A stretch of DNA of 64,000 nucleotides, taken from positions 160,001 through 224,000 of IMG/VR virus record IMGVR_UViG_3300037067_018912; one strand, 5' to 3'. Numbering within the stretch: position 1 is the first letter of the stretch; each line of letters begins with the position of its first letter. The notes beneath the pieces were generated by a model. The model was not told the origin of the DNA. It saw nothing but the letters and a program-made list of their open reading frames with translations, and did not search any database. Of the stretch, positions 19,977-29,707 are shown one piece after another. This DNA is from a virus. Lineage: Duplodnaviria > Caudoviricetes. Position numbers and translations under genes: made by a program.

Positions 19977-21079
19977 ACCTTTCCCAATAATATATTAATC
20001 ACCGTATCCGACACATTACAAACCTGATAATCATCAGGAACACTCCAAATATTGCTTCTTTTCATTGTTGTATTGAATGCTTCAACAATATTCCAAGTCT
20101 TCGTGCCACACAATACATTCGATCCGCATTCGATGGTCTCCTGCCTCTCAGTGCTCTCTCTTATCGTCAAAGCCGGAACACCTAAAATGCAACACTCCTC
20201 CTGCACTGTCCCACTGTCCGTGATGACACATCTCGCTGATCTCTCTAAACTTATAAAATCAAAAAAACCGAGAGGTTGTGAAACCGTCACCTTGTCACCC
20301 AATTTTAAACTAAATAGTTCTATTTTACTTTTCGTCCTTGGGTGCAAGGAAACCACAACCTCAATGTTATTTGAAATCAAATTCAATGCATCAACAATGT
20401 TTCTTAAAACATCAACATCATCAACATTCTCACAACGATGTGCGGTTACAAGAACAAAATCTTTGATTTTTTTTGTTTTTATGTCCTGCAATCCCCATTC
20501 GAATAACATTATACTATCATCGATCTGTGGCTTGTATTTGTTCATCACTTCGTAAATCGGATTACCCGTCTTGAACACAAAATTCTTATGAAAACCTTCA
20601 TTCAAGAGATTCTGTTTACTGTTCTCAGTGTACGGAAGGTTATATTTCGACACAGAATCGATTATTTTTCTGTTTGTCTCCTCTGGCAGCCTACTGTCGT
20701 AACACCGATTTCCCGCTTCCATATGATACACAGGGATTTTATGTTTTTCGGCCACGATCGACAACAACCCCGAATTGGTATCGCCCAAAACCAATATCTT
20801 ATTAGGTTTTTCGAATAATAAAATATTTTCAAATTCAATAACTGCATTACCGAAAAATTCACCAAACGTCCCACCTCCCCTTTTAAAATAATAATCGGGT
20901 TTTCTTATCTTCAAGTCTTGAAAGAATTTCGTACTTAAATTATAATCATAATTCTGATTAGTATATACCAAGACGTGGTCAACCAATGCATCCAATTTTT
21001 CGATTATGATACTCAACCTAATCAACTCAGGTCTCGTCCCGGTTATTGTAAGCACTTTCATTGTTTTATTATATATCAT
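19973..21079 (-). CDS. Non-hydrolysing UDP-N-acetylhexosamine 2-epimerase (FnlC/QnlB/WecB family)
   Basis: GTRPELIRL, LGDTNS, HMEAGNR, PEETNR, TDSGTVQEE, TERQE. Confidence 0.9.
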   Translation of the reverse strand: MIYNKTMKVLTITGTRPELIRLSIIIEKLDALVDHVLVYTNQNYDYNLSTKFFQDLKIRKPDYYFKRGGGTFGEFFGNAVIEFENILLFEKPNKILVLGDTNSGLLSIVAEKHKIPVYHMEAGNRCYDSRLPEETNRKIIDSVSKYNLPYTENSKQNLLNEGFHKNFVFKTGNPIYEVMNKYKPQIDDSIMLFEWGLQDIKTKKIKDFVLVTAHRCENVDDVDVLRNIVDALNLISNNIEVVVSLHPRTKSKIELFSLKLGDKVTVSQPLGFFDFISLERSARCVITDSGTVQEECCILGVPALTIRESTERQETIECGSNVLCGTKTWNIVEAFNTTMKRSNIWSVPDDYQVCNVSDTVINILLGKV

Positions 21080-21884
21080 TCTTTATCACCAAGTTATTTT
21101 CTGCGTAAATCTTATTCTCTTTTGAAGTTACATTGAAAAATAACTGCTTATTCCTCTCATGCAACGCATGTGCATTTGGAATTTGATAACTGACCCCTGT
21201 ATGATATTGATGAAGTGCGGTTAATTCATCAATTATTTTTATATTCATCTTGTTTCTTCCAATCCTGGTGATAAAATCATTATCGTCGTATGCCACTCCT
21301 TTTGCGAATCTTTCATCAAACCCATTCAGTCCGTCGAGTTTCTTCTTATGCATCGCAGAGCAGAAATGATATGCCACTGGCCTGTATCTTGTATGATTAT
21401 ACCAACCCGGAATTCCTTCCTGACGGAACACAGACTCCACATAAGGCAAAACCACTTTCTTACATTCTTCAATTATGTTATTGTAATTCAAACCATTCAT
21501 TGCATCAGTCTGTGCCTTTGTCAAAGCATATACAGAAAATGAAAAATAATCATTCTCCCTTAAATTGTCTTTCACATACGACAACACATCCCCAAAATGA
21601 AAACATTCCGGATTTTGAATTACAACAATCTCCCCGGCGGCTTTCTTAAAACCAATATTAAATGGAATACATGGATTTACATACCACCTATCCGCTTTTT
21701 CCAAACGAACCACTTGAAGAAAAGGAAATTCATTTATCAAATCCTCGATCCTTTGATTCTCTGAACTACAATCATCAACAGCAATTACCTCAAAATCTTT
21801 AAAATTCGATAATGAAATGGATTTCAATGTTCTCCTGAACAAATCCTTCCTGTTAAAATATGCTGTTACAATTGAAATTTTCAT
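21069..21884 (-). CDS. GT2 glycosyltransferase
   Basis: ISIVTAYFNR, VDDCS, GFDERF, YDDNDF, HQYH. Confidence 0.85.
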   Translation of the reverse strand: MKISIVTAYFNRKDLFRRTLKSISLSNFKDFEVIAVDDCSSENQRIEDLINEFPFLQVVRLEKADRWYVNPCIPFNIGFKKAAGEIVVIQNPECFHFGDVLSYVKDNLRENDYFSFSVYALTKAQTDAMNGLNYNNIIEECKKVVLPYVESVFRQEGIPGWYNHTRYRPVAYHFCSAMHKKKLDGLNGFDERFAKGVAYDDNDFITRIGRNKMNIKIIDELTALHQYHTGVSYQIPNAHALHERNKQLFFNVTSKENKIYAENNLVIKNDI

Positions 21885-22906
21885 TCGTCAATAAAATTGA
21901 TGGTTTTCATATCGCTATCTTTAGGATCAATGTTGTTGACACCCCCGTGCATTTTCGATTCGTTCAAGCCTATGTTTTTCACATACGAAAATGGTGTCCT
22001 GTATATCATACAACCCATCACATTTATCTTCGTGGTCATTTGTTGCCACACCCCGGCACTAATGTTCTTATTATGTTGCCACCTCGATTTATCGATTGCA
22101 TCTATCTTATAATCAATCAATTTAATAAACTCAATGTCATACAACCCACCTCCATCAACCCACTGCTTATATCCCCAAACAAAAACATTGTCATTCAAGT
22201 AGTCCTTCTTATAATGATGATAGGAAACACACAACACTTTGTTATTCTCCGTCTTCACCCGATAGTACTCAGTCATCAACCTGTCAAGGAAATCCTTACA
22301 AAGCATGAAATCATCATCAATTTGAAGGATCGAATTGGTGGAATATTTCCTCACTTCCTCAAGACCTTTCGTAATTGTCCGCCAATACCCCCCTTTACCA
22401 TAATTTTCCTCGTTCTTGAGATGAACCAATTCTGGAAATATTGTTGTTAAAGCATCATATCTCTCGTCAGACGAATAATCATCAACCAAAACAACCTTGA
22501 ACTTATATTCTGTCTTCTGCCTGTATAATTGTACCAATAATTCATACACCATATCGAACCTGTCATACGAAGTCACCATTACCACGGTGTCGTAATCAAC
22601 ATTCATGTTCCTCTCGTATGGTTTTGTAAATAGTTTGGCAACCGCTTCCCATAACCTATAATATTTTGGAAGTATGACTCCACTCCGCCTTTCCTCACGT
22701 GTCATCGGCCTATTCCCATCATCAACAATCCGGTACATCTGTTCATTAGCCACCACCGGAGGTTTACCACCACTTCCCAAAACCCTTTTCCAATCCCTCT
22801 TATTCATTGATCCAGTTTCTTTAAACACCAATTCCTGCCGCTTGTTACGATTAATCTCGATTCTTTTTTTTATCGCTTTCTTTATGTCGACACCCCTTCG
22901 TTTCAT
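21881..22906 (-). CDS. GT2 glycosyltransferase with basic N-terminal leader
   Basis: TSYDR, VDDYS, NYGK, QIDDD. Confidence 0.75.
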   Translation of the reverse strand: MKRRGVDIKKAIKKRIEINRNKRQELVFKETGSMNKRDWKRVLGSGGKPPVVANEQMYRIVDDGNRPMTREERRSGVILPKYYRLWEAVAKLFTKPYERNMNVDYDTVVMVTSYDRFDMVYELLVQLYRQKTEYKFKVVLVDDYSSDERYDALTTIFPELVHLKNEENYGKGGYWRTITKGLEEVRKYSTNSILQIDDDFMLCKDFLDRLMTEYYRVKTENNKVLCVSYHHYKKDYLNDNVFVWGYKQWVDGGGLYDIEFIKLIDYKIDAIDKSRWQHNKNISAGVWQQMTTKINVMGCMIYRTPFSYVKNIGLNESKMHGGVNNIDPKDSDMKTINFIDE

Positions 22907-22907
22907 A

Positions 22908-23594
22908 TTAATAATTCAACACAGTGTAATTGATATTCTTACGTTCTCTGAAATACTTCGGAAACTTCTTGTATTGAATCGTATCATGCTCGACCGTAAT
23001 ATTTTCTATCTTTTTTAAGAAGAATCCGTTCTCCCTCATCCTCTTATTTAATTCAAAATCCCAATACACATTCGAAGTTGGGTCTTCCACCCAAAAATTT
23101 ATCTTGTCTACGACACTCCTCCTTTGCATATTGACACACGTCACCATACGGGCGTCCCCGAAGATAACCCCATTGTGTTCCTGTTTATTTATTATATCGA
23201 TCACCGTACCCACACCAATTCTCTTGAGCATCAACTGCCCGATTATTGGGAACACATCCATTATCTCCACCATTTTAGCAAGGAAATCTTGTGTCATTGG
23301 AGTACAATCGTTGTCCCATTGCATAGTATAGATACAATCCTCGTCAAGATTCTCATATCCAAGTTTTGTACCACCAAAATCGCCGAGATTCACATCAGAA
23401 AACAACGGTTTGATCTTGTAATACCCTTCAATCTCTAAAGATTTTAACCACTGTCTTGTACCATCACTGCTTGCGTTGTCTATAACGATCAATTTATAAT
23501 CGTCATATCCTGCCAAACGATCGATCTCCCTAATAGTATGAACCGTATATTCCAAACGATTGAACGCTCTTATTATGATATTTACCTTTGCCAT
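22908..23594 (-). CDS. GT2 glycosyltransferase
   Basis: FNRLEYT, IDNASSDGT, NLG, WDND. Confidence 0.85.
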   Translation of the reverse strand: MAKVNIIIRAFNRLEYTVHTIREIDRLAGYDDYKLIVIDNASSDGTRQWLKSLEIEGYYKIKPLFSDVNLGDFGGTKLGYENLDEDCIYTMQWDNDCTPMTQDFLAKMVEIMDVFPIIGQLMLKRIGVGTVIDIINKQEHNGVIFGDARMVTCVNMQRRSVVDKINFWVEDPTSNVYWDFELNKRMRENGFFLKKIENITVEHDTIQYKKFPKYFRERKNINYTVLNY

Positions 23595-23628
23595 ATGATT
23601 TTACCTTAAATACTTACCCGTCTTCTTT

Positions 23629-24306
23629 TTATGCGAATTTTATTGTATTCATCAAGTCAGTCTGAACCTTATCGTTGAACTTGAACTCATCAAAGATTGT
23701 TTTCTCCCCGACCTCGGCTTGATATGTTAAATAATTCGATTTGTGTTCAAGGCAAACAATTCTTATACCCTTTTCATTAGCAAATTTTGCCAACCAAATG
23801 TCTGCCATATTAGGGTGCTTGATGTCCTTATGTGAAAATTTTAAGAGATTGGTGTGAAACATGGCAACCCCGCTCCCGCCGAGATGAACAAAAACGTCCT
23901 TATCAACATTCCCCAAACAATGATAATTGTAATGCGGCGATCTGTAATATGATGCAACCGGATATCCTGTGAATGACCTTCCATGTAAGGACACAATATA
24001 TTGACCACCATATAAATGAAATTTGGCAATCATATATTCTGCATAATTGGGAGGATAAACGAGATCGTCGTCGATGGTAAAGTAATATCCGTCAGAATCT
24101 TCTAATTTCAAGAACTTGAAGCCATCCCCGATTGAATTATCGGTGATGAAACAATTTATTTTGGAATCATTTACAAACCTGTCGGGAATTCTATCATGGG
24201 AATTCAATGCAATATTGATCTCATCGGCCTGATTGTAAATTGAATCAATTGTTTTAAATAAACACTCATCCCTTTTGTAAGTGGCGACATTAAAAATCCT
24301 TTTCAT
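23629..24306 (-). CDS. GT-A glycosyltransferase
   Basis: ATYKR, GDGFKF, TIDDDLVYP, MADIW. Confidence 0.75.
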   Translation of the reverse strand: MKRIFNVATYKRDECLFKTIDSIYNQADEINIALNSHDRIPDRFVNDSKINCFITDNSIGDGFKFLKLEDSDGYYFTIDDDLVYPPNYAEYMIAKFHLYGGQYIVSLHGRSFTGYPVASYYRSPHYNYHCLGNVDKDVFVHLGGSGVAMFHTNLLKFSHKDIKHPNMADIWLAKFANEKGIRIVCLEHKSNYLTYQAEVGEKTIFDEFKFNDKVQTDLMNTIKFA

Positions 24307-24312
24307 CTAACA

Positions 24313-25611
24313 TTAAACGTTCAACGGCGACCTCCCATTGTTTGCCATGCCCTGCGTCCGGGTAAGCACCAAGTTGATCCACCTCTGCTGTAATTTTTTA
24401 ACGAGTTTACTTATAACCCTATAATCCCCATAACTCCACGAACCCCAATCAACCGGGAGGTGCTTGCTATGAAACATAAAACCGATCCCAGAGATATTGC
24501 CCGGCACTACTTTGCCGAAATTGGCATCGCTTGGAACGATCCACCCATTGTTAATGTCCACCCTCCAAAAAATGATTTGATCTTCGTGTTCGATGTGATT
24601 CACGATGATTTTCAAGGAATTTTGATGCACGAACTTATCGTCGTCGTCCAAATACATCACCCACCCTTCCTTCACACACGTCCCCAATTCATTCAAATGT
24701 AAATTCCAAGGAGCAGGATACGTGCCAATGTCTGGTTTGGGGTGTTGAACCTCCTTGGGTGTGAGCCTGATGCAATTGTAATAATCACAATCCACGTCAG
24801 TGCCCACGATATGATTGATTTTTTTATATGTTTGATCAAGCACTGACTGCCTACAAACCTTGAAAAATTCCGGCCTTTCGTGCGTCCTTGTTAGGATATT
24901 CACAAGAACGTCGTTGTTATCCTCATATTCCGAATAAAAAATTGGCAGTTCGGCCTTATATTTTTCTGCAAACTGTAAACGATTTGCTTCCCACTGTTGG
25001 TTAGTCATACCAACCGACTGATGCAACACTCTAATATCGGTCGTGACACCTATATTGCAACCATCAAGATAATTCGGAACACAGAAACTCAAATCATAGA
25101 AATGAAATCCTTTAAAATCTTCGTCAAATTGATGAGTAACGCTATTACAATCGGCGGCCATAAAGACCCCATCAACAAGTATAACCGGAGTTGTCTTTCC
25201 TTTCATCGGGGGAGCGTACTCGCTCGTCCAAACAGTGTATCCGTCGGTGTGCTCCACAACTCCAAACATTTTCGACCTATCTTCCCACCACCTACCATTA
25301 TCATGTAGATAGGTCGTCCCGGCAACCCCAATGATTTGAAAATCAGAATTGTTAAATTTCGACAACAACAGTCTACCCCAATTTTGGGTTTTGATTGTGA
25401 TGTCGTTATGGCAAAATACAAATATGGCTGTGTCGTTGTTATGTTCCCGGATCGCTTGGTTGTAAACTTGCGGCAGGGAATATTGATTGAAATTCGGATA
25501 GCAGACGGTTATATGTTTTGCGCCTATCGTGTCGTCAATATGCTTAATAAATTTGTTGTTCTCCCCCTCCGTCCGGTGGGAGGAGAACACCACAACAATG
25601 TTGTCTTTCAT
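24313..25611 (-). CDS. Two-domain GT-A glycosyltransferase
   Basis: FCHND, IGVAG, VDGVFM, FHFYDL in the N-domain; YLDDDD, GDYRVI in the C-domain. Start moved to MKDNIV. Confidence 0.8.
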   Translation of the reverse strand: MKDNIVVVFSSHRTEGENNKFIKHIDDTIGAKHITVCYPNFNQYSLPQVYNQAIREHNNDTAIFVFCHNDITIKTQNWGRLLLSKFNNSDFQIIGVAGTTYLHDNGRWWEDRSKMFGVVEHTDGYTVWTSEYAPPMKGKTTPVILVDGVFMAADCNSVTHQFDEDFKGFHFYDLSFCVPNYLDGCNIGVTTDIRVLHQSVGMTNQQWEANRLQFAEKYKAELPIFYSEYEDNNDVLVNILTRTHERPEFFKVCRQSVLDQTYKKINHIVGTDVDCDYYNCIRLTPKEVQHPKPDIGTYPAPWNLHLNELGTCVKEGWVMYLDDDDKFVHQNSLKIIVNHIEHEDQIIFWRVDINNGWIVPSDANFGKVVPGNISGIGFMFHSKHLPVDWGSWSYGDYRVISKLVKKLQQRWINLVLTRTQGMANNGRSPLNV

Positions 25612-25666
25612 AAATCTGCATTTTACCAATAACAAATCTAACACATAAAAACCAAAATGTCAAGGA

Positions 25667-25981
25667 TTATTGATTTTTGTAGGCAGTTATCATCGCCTCA
25701 TAATCCGCCTTAACTTTTGAGAGGGGAAAAGGTATTCTGATCTGTGCTCCATCGGGGATATCAAACTCGTTGAGATATTCCGGATTCGCAAGCATTATAA
25801 GGAAGTCGTAGAACGGATTTCCATAATATTTACGGCTCAACCTATCCATCCTGTTGAAGGTGCTGTTCCAAATCTCAGACTTGTCGCTTGCATTTCTCGG
25901 CAGCGGGGTGAACGGAGTCATGCTCGTCGTCCCGTCGGGATTCTTCAATAACGCATATCTCTTATAATCAGTCTGTGGCAT
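25667..25981 (-). CDS. Baseplate wedge protein (T4 gp53/LysM-like)
   Basis: RMDRLSRKYYGNP...IMLANP...IPDGAQIRIP. Confidence 0.7.
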   Translation of the reverse strand: MPQTDYKRYALLKNPDGTTSMTPFTPLPRNASDKSEIWNSTFNRMDRLSRKYYGNPFYDFLIMLANPEYLNEFDIPDGAQIRIPFPLSKVKADYEAMITAYKNQ

Positions 25982-25986
25982 ATCAA

Positions 25987-28900
25987 TTATTTGTTATTTA
26001 CCGTATTTGTAGTGTTCGCCGCTTTGGCTGCCGCCGTCGATGCGTCCGCAGCCTGCCGTTCCTTGTTTTTCGTCTCAAGTTCATTATTCATGGCTTGAAC
26101 TTTGGTAGCGAGGATTCCTTTCATGTATTCTTCCTGCTTGGTTTCGGTATCAATTTGCTTTGTGTAGAATTCCCTGTTCGAATACGTCGAATTTGCATAA
26201 TAATGAGCAGAAACGGCGTTCTGAAGCGCATCAATCGGTCCTTTGAGCGACTGACCGCCTATTATCTTGATATTAAGAGTTACGTTCGCTAACATCGGTT
26301 GCATCCCGAACCCTTCCGGGTTCATATCCCATGTGGTATCACTGTAATCAATATTGAGACTTTCAATGATCACCTTCGTGTAATAAAAGTCCCCGACCCT
26401 CAAAATGCATATCGGCTGACGCCCAAACACAGAGTTCCTTGCCCTATACTCACCGTTTTCTTCTGCAGTACTATACCTCTTAGCAGCACCCTGCCTCATG
26501 CATTGGTGTAGGAATGTCAGACGCTTGTGAAAATCCTCCGGCGTTTGGGAGTGGAAGACAGGTTGGTAGTAATTCTTACCGATTATCTCCGCACCGTCCA
26601 TTAATCCAGAATTTATCGTCTTCTCCACGAAAATACTTGTTTCGTCAATTGTTCCTTCCGTAAACGTCAAATTCCTCTGCTCTTCCGGAGTTGGTTCGGT
26701 CTTAACCTTACCTGGAGGTGTGTACGGCTTAGTATTTCTTTTTATAAGAATTTTACCGAAGCGTTCCTTTTTTGTATCCTCCTCCGGTATTGCAACTGCG
26801 GTTGCATTCTCATCGCTCGCCACCCTGTCGCCGTCAGTTCCAGTGAGTTTATTGCCTGACAAATCTTTCCCATAATATTCCTCATTCAATTTAACCACAA
26901 TCTTACTTGCAACGGCATTGCCAAACAAGGCTTTCAATCTTTCTTCGACAAGTTTTTTAACAGCCAATCCACGGCGGTGTCCAAGTTTTAAATTATAATC
27001 AGCACCCTTGGCAGTGTCTTTGATGTTCTTCTCAGTATAGAGTTTTGATGCCCCACCCCAAACAAGAATTTCATAATAATCCCTTGTCTCCTCGTTACTA
27101 AAATAATCCAATAAAATATTATTCAATTTAACCTTACCGAAATAATCTTCAATTTGATTATTATTATATTGTGTGAAATCCCCCGGTATTGAAACAGTAT
27201 CAAGATACATAGTCTTACCAGACACTTCAACCGGGAAATTAACAATATATTTTCTTACATAGACGTCTTGATTTATGCCGAAAGTCTTGTCTCCATTTTT
27301 CGTTAGACACTTTTCATGAACCTCATATGCCATATCTTTATACATTGTGTCGAAAATCACATTCTCCCGCCCTTCCTTGGGTTCGTCATTTGGAAAAGAT
27401 AGTGTCATATCTGTATCAGGAGGGAATTTCGGTTCTGGTGGTGTAGGTGGTGTTTCAACCTTAGATTCTTCCTTTTTCCGGGGTTTTGGGGTGTAGGGGT
27501 CGCCACCAAATGCAAAAAATTCGGCGATCCTTTTCTTTTGATCACTACCTTTATAATAATTCTTCAATTGTTCCGGGTAGTCGACAAGTAGGATAAATGA
27601 AAGTGTCGCACTCCTTTCTGAATTCTGATACGAATATATTGGCTCGTTCCTGCCGACAAGCATCGTCGATTCAAATCTCGCCGTCGCCGTCTCCTGTATG
27701 TTCAAACCATATGGAGGAAACCACATAATCCTACCGTTGAACGGTCCGACCTCACATAACGGAACGGCTGTGCCTTCCTCATCATCCATGATAGCGTAAC
27801 CCTCCTTAGAATCATTTGCAAACACACCAACAGCAAGATTCTCAATACTGAACATAAGGTTCTTATTGTTGACATAACTCATATTGTCGACCGTTTCAAT
27901 GGTTGGATGTATCCTTGGCATAACAGATTTATAGGTCACAGAATTAGCATTACCATCATAATGTTCACTACCAAGAAACCTTATCGCTTTCGCAAATCTG
28001 TCATATTGATCCAATACACTATGCTGACGAACACCCGTCTCGCCAGCAGTCTCGCTTTTAATGGCATATTTACTATCATTTGCCTTCCATAACGGAGAAC
28101 CATTAAATCCTACCAATTTTTTGTTGTTGAGGAAAACCTTCTTTGTCAAATCCCCAATACCACCCTCTGTGGCGTTCACAAGATTCTTAGTGTATTCCAA
28201 AAGACCCGTCCTGACACCGAATTTTGTAAGTGAAGCGTCTCGAACTTCCACAACTTCGACCTTGTCTTTTGAATTGGCGTCGTTGAAACTACCTCTCTGT
28301 TTTTGAGAAACGTTATTAGTCTCATTACTAATCTGACTAACACCCCACGAAATTCTGGATTTCGAAACATCAGTATCAATATTTCCAATCCAATCATTCT
28401 GTGCACTCTCGCTCCAATCGTATCCAACAAGACCATTCCTGCCGAAATCTGACAAGACCTCACCATATTCGTCCCTACCATTCACGACCGAATTGATCAT
28501 GTTGGCGTTAGCACCAACTATAGAATTTGAATCATTCTTGATTTCACCTAAAACTGTGGTTGATATATACGGATTGAAAATCCCGTCAAAAATAAAAAAC
28601 TTCTTATCGTCTTTTCCCGTCCCGATCTTTTTGTCCTTACCGCCGAACACCGTCTGTGGGGAAGTGAGTTCAGGTTTAATATTTTTTGATTTGTCGTGAT
28701 AGATATTACCCTCCTTACTTGTATCTTTCGACGGCTTGAAGACGTTTTTATTTAACAGTTTAAATAAGATACTTAATTGTCCTGATCCTGTATTATTTAT
28801 ATAATCTTTATTTGTTGGATCATCATTGAAAGGATAATCATCCTTTGGATACCAAAACTTCAACCTGTCAATATAGTTGGCAAAAGTGCCTGGGTCTTTT

Positions 28901-29334
28901 TTCGTCGTCACTCGATAGTCGGAGTTCTTCGTAAAGAGTTTCGTATCCGGATTACCATCGAACAAATTGGACACCTTAATCACCGGAAGGGTTTGTTGGG
29001 AGATGTGTGACGACGCATTGTAAGCCAATTGTGTGCCCAACATTGCCAAACCAATCTCGGTTAATGGTGTTGGTGTGGTTACAAGCCTGCCATAGACGGT
29101 ATTTCTCAAATCATATGCTTTGAACGGCTGTATAGTATTAACGATTGAATTAATTGCGTCAACCATTTTTGATTCTGTGGACGGTTTTGAAATAGAGTAC
29201 TCATCGCCTGGAGTGTAGAGGTTGCGTGTTGCCAAAGCCTCCCTGAAATTCGTAGAATTAACGAGAAGCCTTGAACTTGTAACTCCTTGCATGTTACTGT
29301 TTCCATTCACACTGTCAGCAAAATTCGTCGCCAT
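25987..29334 (-). CDS. Large baseplate/tail-hub protein with embedded OmpA-like segment
   Basis: Late motif upstream; GRNEPIYSYQNSERS and LRVGDFYYTKVIIESLNIDY tube-initiator-like motifs; GGASK...YNLKLGHRRGLAVK. Confidence 0.6.
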   Translation of the reverse strand: MATNFADSVNGNSNMQGVTSSRLLVNSTNFREALATRNLYTPGDEYSISKPSTESKMVDAINSIVNTIQPFKAYDLRNTVYGRLVTTPTPLTEIGLAMLGTQLAYNASSHISQQTLPVIKVSNLFDGNPDTKLFTKNSDYRVTTKKDPGTFANYIDRLKFWYPKDDYPFNDDPTNKDYINNTGSGQLSILFKLLNKNVFKPSKDTSKEGNIYHDKSKNIKPELTSPQTVFGGKDKKIGTGKDDKKFFIFDGIFNPYISTTVLGEIKNDSNSIVGANANMINSVVNGRDEYGEVLSDFGRNGLVGYDWSESAQNDWIGNIDTDVSKSRISWGVSQISNETNNVSQKQRGSFNDANSKDKVEVVEVRDASLTKFGVRTGLLEYTKNLVNATEGGIGDLTKKVFLNNKKLVGFNGSPLWKANDSKYAIKSETAGETGVRQHSVLDQYDRFAKAIRFLGSEHYDGNANSVTYKSVMPRIHPTIETVDNMSYVNNKNLMFSIENLAVGVFANDSKEGYAIMDDEEGTAVPLCEVGPFNGRIMWFPPYGLNIQETATARFESTMLVGRNEPIYSYQNSERSATLSFILLVDYPEQLKNYYKGSDQKKRIAEFFAFGGDPYTPKPRKKEESKVETPPTPPEPKFPPDTDMTLSFPNDEPKEGRENVIFDTMYKDMAYEVHEKCLTKNGDKTFGINQDVYVRKYIVNFPVEVSGKTMYLDTVSIPGDFTQYNNNQIEDYFGKVKLNNILLDYFSNEETRDYYEILVWGGASKLYTEKNIKDTAKGADYNLKLGHRRGLAVKKLVEERLKALFGNAVASKIVVKLNEEYYGKDLSGNKLTGTDGDRVASDENATAVAIPEEDTKKERFGKILIKRNTKPYTPPGKVKTEPTPEEQRNLTFTEGTIDETSIFVEKTINSGLMDGAEIIGKNYYQPVFHSQTPEDFHKRLTFLHQCMRQGAAKRYSTAEENGEYRARNSVFGRQPICILRVGDFYYTKVIIESLNIDYSDTTWDMNPEGFGMQPMLANVTLNIKIIGGQSLKGPIDALQNAVSAHYYANSTYSNREFYTKQIDTETKQEEYMKGILATKVQAMNNELETKNKERQAADASTAAAKAANTTNTVNNK

Positions 29335-29389
29335 TAATGAAGATTTTTAAATAAATACTTGCCGTTTCGTTTTATATTATGTAGTTTTA

Positions 29390-29707
29390 CATTGGAGAAA
29401 ACTGTCCCATCCAACCGGGACGGGTGTCATACTCTTTTTATCAAATATTATTGGGTTCTATGGAAAAGTTCTTTATATTGTGAACATGTTGATAAGATAT
29501 TTCATTTCCGTTCGGAAATGAAAATAGATATCCTGTGATGTCGAGTTTTTATCAAATCCGAAGGAATTGAGAACAAACTTTGTAAGTTCGTTCTTTGATT
29601 CCGCAGGAGCGAAGAAAAAGTTTGCAAGCGGAGTTAAAGTCCTGTCCTGCGGACAGACCGCTTAAAGGCAAGCGGAAAAACTTGTCGAAGTTACAAAAAA
29701 TTTTTTT
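29390..29707 (+). ncRNA. Candidate structured non-coding RNA (~310 nt)
   Basis: No credible ORF; at least 7 stems; stem mismatches are G-U on the plus strand; TTG-N20-TAGTTTTA upstream; U-run after the closing stem. Confidence 0.5.

Noticed and set aside
12570-25611. Glycan island as host chromosomal contamination or a prophage boundary
   Set aside because: Contiguous and co-oriented with phage genes on both sides, with overlapping start/stops and no export or polymerase genes
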